NCBI GenBank assembly: GCA_048270185.1
Contig: JBLWTJ010000004.1
Coordinates: 221,654-285,653, forward strand
Length of the DNA: 64,000 nucleotides
DNA from: Bacteriovoracaceae bacterium
Lineage (GTDB): Bacteria > Bdellovibrionota > Bacteriovoracia > Bacteriovoracales > Bacteriovoracaceae
Direction of reading: 5' to 3'
The position numbers and the translations under genes were made by a program. The notes beneath the pieces were generated by a model. It had not been told where the DNA came from. It saw only the letters and a program-made list of their open reading frames with translations, and searched no databases. Below are positions 57,712-64,000 of this stretch, piece by piece (positions within the stretch are counted from its first letter, which is position 1; every line of letters starts with the position of its first letter).

Positions 57712-58455
57712 ATGAAGAAATTTATTATTTTATTTTTTACGCTAGTAATATTTAGTGCTCGTGCCGAGTACGATCTTTCAACGACATTTGGTTTTCGCTC
57801 ATATGCCCTAGGAACAGCTGCAAGAGTTGATGTTGGTATCTCTCAAGAGTTTTGGCGATTCAATGATCAACTCTATGGCTTCATTCGTGAGTCGGCATAT
57901 TTCAATACAAGTGCCCTTATTAATTCAGCAGGTGTAAGAGTTGACTTCTTTCCTGTCTCAATTCTAGGTTTTGTTGCAGGGACGGAAAGAGTTTATCGTT
58001 CAACAAAGGAACTTGATACATTTGATTGTGATGTTCTTGTTTGTGACGAAGATGGAAATCGTTCATACTTAAGAGTTGAAAACGTTTTAGCTTATAAGAA
58101 GATTGTTCTCATCAACGACTATCAAAGAGAGTTCTACGATTATGACTCACAAGGGACATTTGCAAATGGCCTTCATACTCTCGAAGTGGACTCACAAGAG
58201 ATCGTGAATGTAATGAGAAATGTTCTCGCCTATCAATATAGTGATAAATACACAGTAGGTATTATTCAATTTCGAACATGGACTGAGAAAACCAGACAAG
58301 ACTCGACGTACCTCGGTATGTTGAATCAATATACTAAAGACAAATGGACATATGGAGTTGTGCTTGGAAATTATCATAGCCGCAATAACGACGACCACTT
58401 CAGTATGCTCCTACAAGTTAAATATGATTACAAAAAAGGACTAAGGCTATTTTAA
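57712..58455 (+). CDS. Hypothetical outer-membrane beta-barrel protein
   Basis: Signal peptide (ARA), aromatic-rich beta strands, C-terminal Phe. Confidence 0.6.
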   Translation: MKKFIILFFTLVIFSARAEYDLSTTFGFRSYALGTAARVDVGISQEFWRFNDQLYGFIRESAYFNTSALINSAGVRVDFFPVSILGFVAGTERVYRSTKELDTFDCDVLVCDEDGNRSYLRVENVLAYKKIVLINDYQREFYDYDSQGTFANGLHTLEVDSQEIVNVMRNVLAYQYSDKYTVGIIQFRTWTEKTRQDSTYLGMLNQYTKDKWTYGVVLGNYHSRNNDDHFSMLLQVKYDYKKGLRLF

Positions 58456-59678
58456 TGAAAAAGATTTTATTATTCGTTATTCTACTAACACTCTCATCTT
58501 GCTCTCTATTCTATAATAAGCTCGGTGGAGATTATGATTACGAAGCAAGTGAATATAATAAATTACCTAAGAAAGTCAGAGACTTCATCGATAAGTCGTA
58601 TGAAGGAATTGATCTTAAAAAATTGAAAGACACGCACTTACATATTGTCGGGCTTGGTAATAGTGGAAGCGGAATTTGGGTCAACCCAATTATGAAGGAT
58701 TGGCTTGGTCATACGAAGAAATATATAAACTTCAATGTCTATATTACAGCTTCTGGAGTAAATGACCCTGAGCACGCTGATGAACAATATGTAGAAAGAT
58801 TGCTAGAACTACAAAAATATCAGCCACATATGATTCAGTCCTATGCTCTGGCTTTTGATTATCACTACAAGAAAGATGGAACACGAGATTTAGAGCATTC
58901 AGAGTTTCATGTTCCAAATGAATATATTTGGAAGCTATCAAAAGAGTATCCAAAAAATTTCAAAACGGTGATCTCGATTCATCCATATCGCAAAGATGCA
59001 GTTAGAGAATTAGAGAAGTGGGCAAAAAAAGGTGTTCGCTTCGTGAAGTGGCTTCCAAATGCCATGGGAATTGATCCAGCTGATAAGAGCGTGATGCCAT
59101 TTTATAAAATGATGAAGAAGTACAATATGACTCTTATCAGTCATGCTGGAGAAGAGAAGGCCGTTGAAGGTGATAAGTTTCAAGAATTAGGAAATCCTCT
59201 GCGCCTAAGACATGCTCTTGATCTTGGAGTCGACGTTATTATTTCTCACGCAGCTTCACGTGGAAAATGTGAAGACCTTGATAATGGCAATATTCAGTCA
59301 GAATGTTCGGAGTTATTTTGGAGACTTTTCAAAGACAAGAAGTATGACAAAAATCTCTTCACAGATCTTTCGGCCCTTCTTATTTATGAGCGTCTAAGTC
59401 AGCCACTTGAGGAGATGATTGAAAATGATCAATTCCATCACCGCGTGATGTATGGTTCTGACTATCCACTTCCTGGAATTAATTGGATTTACCGTACAAG
59501 TGAATTAGAAGATCGTGGCTTCATCACTTCTGAAGAGCGAGAAATTTTAAATGAGATCTATTCTATAAACCCACTTCTTTTCCACTTTGTGGCCCTAAGA
59601 ACGGTTAGACATCCAAAGACTGGTAAGAAGCTTACAAACCAGGCCTTTGAAATGCCTCTAAAATTACTCAATAAATAG
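58455..59678 (+). CDS. Amidohydrolase-family lipoprotein
   Basis: Lipobox LSSC; DTHLH, SIHPYR, SHAG, YGSDYP. Confidence 0.88.
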   Translation: MKKILLFVILLTLSSCSLFYNKLGGDYDYEASEYNKLPKKVRDFIDKSYEGIDLKKLKDTHLHIVGLGNSGSGIWVNPIMKDWLGHTKKYINFNVYITASGVNDPEHADEQYVERLLELQKYQPHMIQSYALAFDYHYKKDGTRDLEHSEFHVPNEYIWKLSKEYPKNFKTVISIHPYRKDAVRELEKWAKKGVRFVKWLPNAMGIDPADKSVMPFYKMMKKYNMTLISHAGEEKAVEGDKFQELGNPLRLRHALDLGVDVIISHAASRGKCEDLDNGNIQSECSELFWRLFKDKKYDKNLFTDLSALLIYERLSQPLEEMIENDQFHHRVMYGSDYPLPGINWIYRTSELEDRGFITSEEREILNEIYSINPLLFHFVALRTVRHPKTGKKLTNQAFEMPLKLLNK

Positions 59679-59680
59679 CT

Positions 59681-60103
59681 TTATTTCGCAATTACCGCCA
59701 TAGTCAGACGAGAGATACAAACAAGTTTTTCACTCTCGTCTGTTATGCGGATATCCCAGATATGAGTTGATTTTCCTAGATGAACGGCAACAGCTTTTGC
59801 CGTCACACGGCCTCCTGAGACAGGTCTGACATGGTTAGCATTAATCTCTAGTCCTGCAGCATAGTATTTAGAAGAGTCTAAATAGAGGTTTGAGGCGATT
59901 GAGCCTGCTGATTCCGCAAGTACACAGCTAGCACCACCGTGTAGAACTCCATAGGGCTGCTTTGTTCGTTCATCCACAGGCATCGTAGCAATGAGATAAT
60001 TCTCTTTAATTTCAGTGACTTGTATATCTAAGTGCTCAACACAGCAGTTCTTGCTGAACTCATTAACTTTTTCTAGGTTATATTCTTCATTCCATATCTT
60101 CAT
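59681..60103 (-). CDS. Hotdog-fold thioesterase (MenI/YdiI-like)
   Basis: QPYGVLHGGASCVLAE, GLEINANH. Confidence 0.92.
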   Translation of the reverse strand: MKIWNEEYNLEKVNEFSKNCCVEHLDIQVTEIKENYLIATMPVDERTKQPYGVLHGGASCVLAESAGSIASNLYLDSSKYYAAGLEINANHVRPVSGGRVTAKAVAVHLGKSTHIWDIRITDESEKLVCISRLTMAVIAK

Positions 60104-60319
60104 AAATAATCCTTCTTTAATTCTTCATTAAACCAAAAAATGACTTGATTCTAACACATGCATTTATTTTAGGGTTATTATTAAAAGAGTGGAAGGCTTG
60201 GTTAATTTTTGTTACAAGAATCTTTAAGTCAGGAATTAAGTAAGAATTTTCTCTATATTGACGATACTTGCTATATATTGCTGCTCAGTTTAAAATTAGA
60301 CGAAAGTACTCAAAATTAG

Positions 60320-61246
60320 GTGAAGTTAATGTTAAACCAAAGAACGATAGCAAAGACAGTTACGATCACAGGAATTGGAATCCACTCTGGAAAGAAGGTT
60401 TCGATGACTCTACATCCAGCTGAAGCGGACTCTGGTATTCAATTCAAAAGAACTGACATTAAAGGATCTAAAATACTTAAGGCAACAGCTGATACAGTTG
60501 GTGCAACTGAGAATAATACTGCCATTGGCTCAGGGCCAGAAGCAGTTCACACTGTTGAGCACTTACTTTCAGTCCTTTACGGTTTTGGTATCAATAATTG
60601 CTTTATTGAAATCGACGGGCCAGAAGTTCCTATTATGGATGGTTCAGGTGCCTCTTTCCTATACGTTATTAAGGAAACAGGTATTCAACAACTTCATAAA
60701 ACTAAAAAATTCTTAGTCGTTACTAAACCAGTTGAAATTAAAGTTGGTGAGAAGTGGGCGAGAATTGAGCCATGTGAAAAGCTTGTTATCGATTCAACAA
60801 TTGTCTTTAAGCATCCAATTATTAAAACACAACGTAAAATATTTGAATTTACTTGTGAAAACTATATTGCAGAAATCGGTCGTGCTCGTACTTTTGGTCT
60901 TCTAAGAGATGTTGATATGCTTAAGAGAAAAGGCCTTATTAAAGGTGGATCTCTTGATAATGCAATCGTTCTAGATGATTTTAAAGTGATGAACCCGGAT
61001 GGACTTCGTTTTGAAGACGAGTTTGTACGCCACAAGATCTTAGACACAGTTGGAGATATTAGTCTTCTTGGTTACGAGATTGCAGGAAAAATCACAACTT
61101 ATATGTCTGGACACCATGTCCACAATGTTCTTTGTCGTAAGCTTCTTGAAACTCCAGATGCATACGAAATTGTATCAGCGACATCATTAGAGAAGGAAGC
61201 CGTTCAGGCTTTCGATCTCCCCATGGCCCTTGCGCCTTCATTTTAA
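60320..61246 (+). CDS. lpxC: UDP-3-O-acyl-GlcNAc deacetylase
   Basis: GIGIHSG, TVEHLL, PIMDGS, ARTFG, RHKILD. Confidence 0.97.
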   Translation: MKLMLNQRTIAKTVTITGIGIHSGKKVSMTLHPAEADSGIQFKRTDIKGSKILKATADTVGATENNTAIGSGPEAVHTVEHLLSVLYGFGINNCFIEIDGPEVPIMDGSGASFLYVIKETGIQQLHKTKKFLVVTKPVEIKVGEKWARIEPCEKLVIDSTIVFKHPIIKTQRKIFEFTCENYIAEIGRARTFGLLRDVDMLKRKGLIKGGSLDNAIVLDDFKVMNPDGLRFEDEFVRHKILDTVGDISLLGYEIAGKITTYMSGHHVHNVLCRKLLETPDAYEIVSATSLEKEAVQAFDLPMALAPSF

Positions 61247-61341
61247 TTAGTCGATAAATAATTATTTACCATTTATTGCGTGAATATCCAGGTGTACAAT
61301 GATATGGAATTTTCACGTCGTTATAAAAGAGAGAGAATACT

Positions 61342-63060
61342 ATGATTCTATCAAAAGGTTTTTGGCAAACTTATAAAGAAGTTCCGGCCGATGCAACAAT
61401 TCCATCACATCAATTAATGATGAGAGCTGGTCTGATTCATAAGTCAGCTGCAGGACTATATAATTATCTTCCAATGGGCTACCGCTCAATTCGTAAGGTT
61501 GAACAAATAGTTCGTGAAGAAATGGATAAGGCCGGATGTTATGAGATGCTGATGTCTGTTGTGACACCAGGAGAGCTTTGGCAAGAAACTGGCCGATGGG
61601 ACAAGATGGGTGGAGAGATGCTTAAGTTCAAAGATAAAGCGGATCGCGATCTTTGTATCTCGCCAACTAATGAAGAGGCCATTACTGACGTTTTTAGAAA
61701 AACTATTAAATCATATAAAGATCTACCTCTAACGGTTTATCAAATTAATACAAAATTTCGTGACGAAATTAGACCTCGTTTTGGTCTAATGCGTGGGCGT
61801 GAATTCATTATGAAAGACGCGTACTCTTTCCATGCTAGTAAAGAATGTCTGGATGAAGTCTATGATAATCTATACCGTGCGTATGAGAATGTTTTCAATC
61901 GCTTAGGTCTTGAGTTCTCTGCTGTTGTTGCTGACGGTGGTGCCATGGCCGATGGAGAAGCAAAAACACATGAGTTTCAAGTAATTGCAAACTCTGGAGA
62001 AGACGCAATCATCTACTCAAATGAAGCGGGTTATGCGGCCAATATCGAAACTGCAAAAACAATACGTAAAATAGAAAGTGCAACTAAATCAGGTGAAATG
62101 GCAGAAGTGGCAACTCCTGATAAAGCAACGATCAAAGATGTTTGCGAGTTCTTAGGTAAGAATGAGTATCACTCTATTAAGTCACTTGTTTATAAAGCAA
62201 AAAATAAAGAAGAAGAGAAATTCATTCTCGTTCTTGTCTTAGGTGATGATGAATTAAATGAGCTTAAGCTTCAAAAGCAATACCCTGGCTTTGATATTAT
62301 CGCAGCAACAGATAATGAACTAAAAACTCTAGGACTTGAAAAGGGTTTTATCGGTCCGGTTGGAATTACAAATCTTGATATCGTCTTTGATACTCAGGTC
62401 GATCTTAACGCAGCTTATGTTGTTGGGGCCAATAAGCTTGATACTCACTTCGAGAACTTCGTGGCCAATGAACACCTTTCAAATATCAAGACTGCAGACT
62501 TAAGGCTAGCTTGCTCTGGTGACTACACTATTGATGGAAAGCACCAAGTCGAACTTAAACGCGGTATTGAAGTTGGGCATATCTTCCAACTAGGTGATAA
62601 GTATACAAAGGGGATGGGAGTAACTGTTCTCGATCAAAATGGAAAGGCTGCAACGCCACTTATGGGGTGTTATGGAATTGGTGTGACTCGTTTAGTAGCT
62701 GCTGCAATTGAGCAGAATCACGATGAGAATGGGATCATATGGCCAGCTTCAATTGCGCCATATAATCTTTCATTTGTCGCAATTACAAAGTCTGATGAAT
62801 ATAAAGAAAAAGCAAATGAGCTTCATAAGAAATTAATCGAGTCAGGTCTTGAAGTTGTCTATGACGACAGAAAAGCCGGACCAGGTTTCAAATTTAAAGA
62901 CGCTGATCTTTTAGGTCTACCTCTTCAAGTTGTACTTGGAGAAAGAGATCACAAGGAAGACGGTTTGTTAGAAATTAGAGTTCGTCGCACTGGTGAGAAA
63001 ATTAAAGTTAGTGAAGATGAAGTTATTGAGAAAGTAAGAGAACTTCTTAAAGGCCTATAG
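61342..63060 (+). CDS. proS: Proline--tRNA ligase (bacterial type with editing insert)
   Basis: SHQLMMRAG, PTNEE, KFRDEIRPRFGLMRGREF, GIEVGHIF, MGCYGIG. Confidence 0.98.
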   Translation: MILSKGFWQTYKEVPADATIPSHQLMMRAGLIHKSAAGLYNYLPMGYRSIRKVEQIVREEMDKAGCYEMLMSVVTPGELWQETGRWDKMGGEMLKFKDKADRDLCISPTNEEAITDVFRKTIKSYKDLPLTVYQINTKFRDEIRPRFGLMRGREFIMKDAYSFHASKECLDEVYDNLYRAYENVFNRLGLEFSAVVADGGAMADGEAKTHEFQVIANSGEDAIIYSNEAGYAANIETAKTIRKIESATKSGEMAEVATPDKATIKDVCEFLGKNEYHSIKSLVYKAKNKEEEKFILVLVLGDDELNELKLQKQYPGFDIIAATDNELKTLGLEKGFIGPVGITNLDIVFDTQVDLNAAYVVGANKLDTHFENFVANEHLSNIKTADLRLACSGDYTIDGKHQVELKRGIEVGHIFQLGDKYTKGMGVTVLDQNGKAATPLMGCYGIGVTRLVAAAIEQNHDENGIIWPASIAPYNLSFVAITKSDEYKEKANELHKKLIESGLEVVYDDRKAGPGFKFKDADLLGLPLQVVLGERDHKEDGLLEIRVRRTGEKIKVSEDEVIEKVRELLKGL

Positions 63061-63064
63061 GAAT

Positions 63065-63820
63065 ATGGAAAGAGATATCATTGTTGGTGTTCATTCGATC
63101 GTTCACGCTATTAGAAATAGTGAAAGACAAATAATTGAATTAGTCGCTTGTGAAGAAGGGCTTGAAAAGCTTGATAAAATGGGCGGTCTTAAGAAGAAAG
63201 AACTAGAAGGAATTAAAATTAAATTAGTTTCATCACATAAAGTTCAAGAGCTTGCTAAGTCAATTTACGCAGAAGAGGACTTTCTCTACTCACGTGTACC
63301 GTCAGGTGTATTTCTTTTAACCAGTAAGAAAGATATTCTAGAAACTAAACCTTTATTTGATGATATTGATGCTGGCAATGAAGTTCGTATTCTATGCCTT
63401 GATGGAGTGACAGATGTGCATAATGCAGGGGCAATCATGCGTACAGCTGCTTTCTATAATGTTAATTATATTGTCTTTGCTGTAAAAAATAATTTTAATC
63501 TTGGCCCTTCCACAGCTCGAATCGCTTCTGGTGCCCTTGAATATATTAATATTGTTAAATGTAATTCACTTCCTAAATTCTTATCAGCACTTATTAAAAG
63601 AGGTGTAACACCTGTCGGTTTAACAGAGCATACTGAAGATAACGACATTGGTGAAATCCATGGAAGTAAGTGTCTTGTTCTTGGTGCAGAAGATAGAGGA
63701 CTATCTCATGCGGCAGTAAGGTTATTAGAAAAGAAAATACGTTTAGAGCCTCAAGGAAAAATTGAATCATTAAACGTATCAGTTGCTGCAGCGATTGCTA
63801 TGGAAAAAGTTTTTTCTTAA
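63065..63820 (+). CDS. rlmB: TrmH/SpoU-family RNA methyltransferase (RlmB-like)
   Basis: LDGVTDVHNAGAIMRTA, LGAEDRGL, ESLNVSVAA. Confidence 0.85.
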   Translation: MERDIIVGVHSIVHAIRNSERQIIELVACEEGLEKLDKMGGLKKKELEGIKIKLVSSHKVQELAKSIYAEEDFLYSRVPSGVFLLTSKKDILETKPLFDDIDAGNEVRILCLDGVTDVHNAGAIMRTAAFYNVNYIVFAVKNNFNLGPSTARIASGALEYINIVKCNSLPKFLSALIKRGVTPVGLTEHTEDNDIGEIHGSKCLVLGAEDRGLSHAAVRLLEKKIRLEPQGKIESLNVSVAAAIAMEKVFS

Positions 63821-63837
63821 AATACGTTAAAAAAAAC

Positions 63838-63866
63838 TTGCCAAATTTTTGGTTCTCTTTTATAAC
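63838..63866 (+). promoter_or_regulatory. Sigma70 promoter of tRNA operon
   Basis: TTGCCA-N17-TATAAC with upstream A-tract. Confidence 0.75.
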
Positions 63867-63890
63867 TTTATTCCATCGCAGGAAATTTGG

Positions 63891-63967
63891 GCTGGCATAG
63901 CTCAGTTGGCTAGAGCAGCGGTTTTGTAAACCGCAGGTCGTAGGTTCGAGTCCTATTGCCAGCTCCA
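63891..63967 (+). tRNA. tRNA-Thr(TGT)
   Basis: GCTGGCA...GCGGT-TT-TGT-AA-ACCGC...GGTTCGAGTCC...TGCCAGC-T-CCA. Confidence 0.97.
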
Positions 63968-63983
63968 TTTTAACTACGATTGT

Positions 63984-64000
63984 GGCGAGGTTGCCGAGTG
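63984..64000 (+). tRNA. 5' fragment of next tRNA, probably tRNA-Tyr (truncated by window end)
   Basis: GGCGAGGTTGCCGAGTG is a class II tRNA 5' pattern; Thr-Tyr order is typical upstream of tuf; anticodon not visible. Confidence 0.6.

Overview
AT-rich bacterial chromosomal window of mostly core genes. Gene content and style (sigma54 and sigma28 promoters, FliW-CsrA, IcmF, AmgK/MurU, many lipoproteins and TPR proteins) suggest a Bdellovibrionota predator such as Halobacteriovorax/Bacteriovorax; this is inference, not a database match. It holds an acyl-CoA dehydrogenase-etfBA operon, folK, amgK-murU, a CHASE2 kinase/NtrC-type regulator/lspA operon, icmF with a PduO-type adenosyltransferase, an Fe-S cluster region (IscA-type carrier, YgfZ-TPR fusion, two FHA paralogues), tRNA-Asn, astC-astA-astD, bamD, a flagellar cluster (flgF-G-A-H-I, flgJ-like-M-N-K-L, csrA, fliW), xseB, PBP1A, TonB, folD-gcvT-gcvH, ruvCAB, lpxC, proS, an rlmB-like gene and the start of a tRNA-Thr/Tyr operon. 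I saw no transposase, integrase, prophage or CRISPR array. The most interesting signals are: a structured 131-bp tandem repeat (5374-5644); an orphan aKG-HExxH-type hydroxylase behind tRNA-Asn; the FHA/IscA/FHA/YgfZ-TPR arrangement; FlgG with a signal-peptide-like leader; and several apparently inactive enzyme homologues (HtpX, M48, patatin, EndoIV) coupled to envelope or signalling genes.
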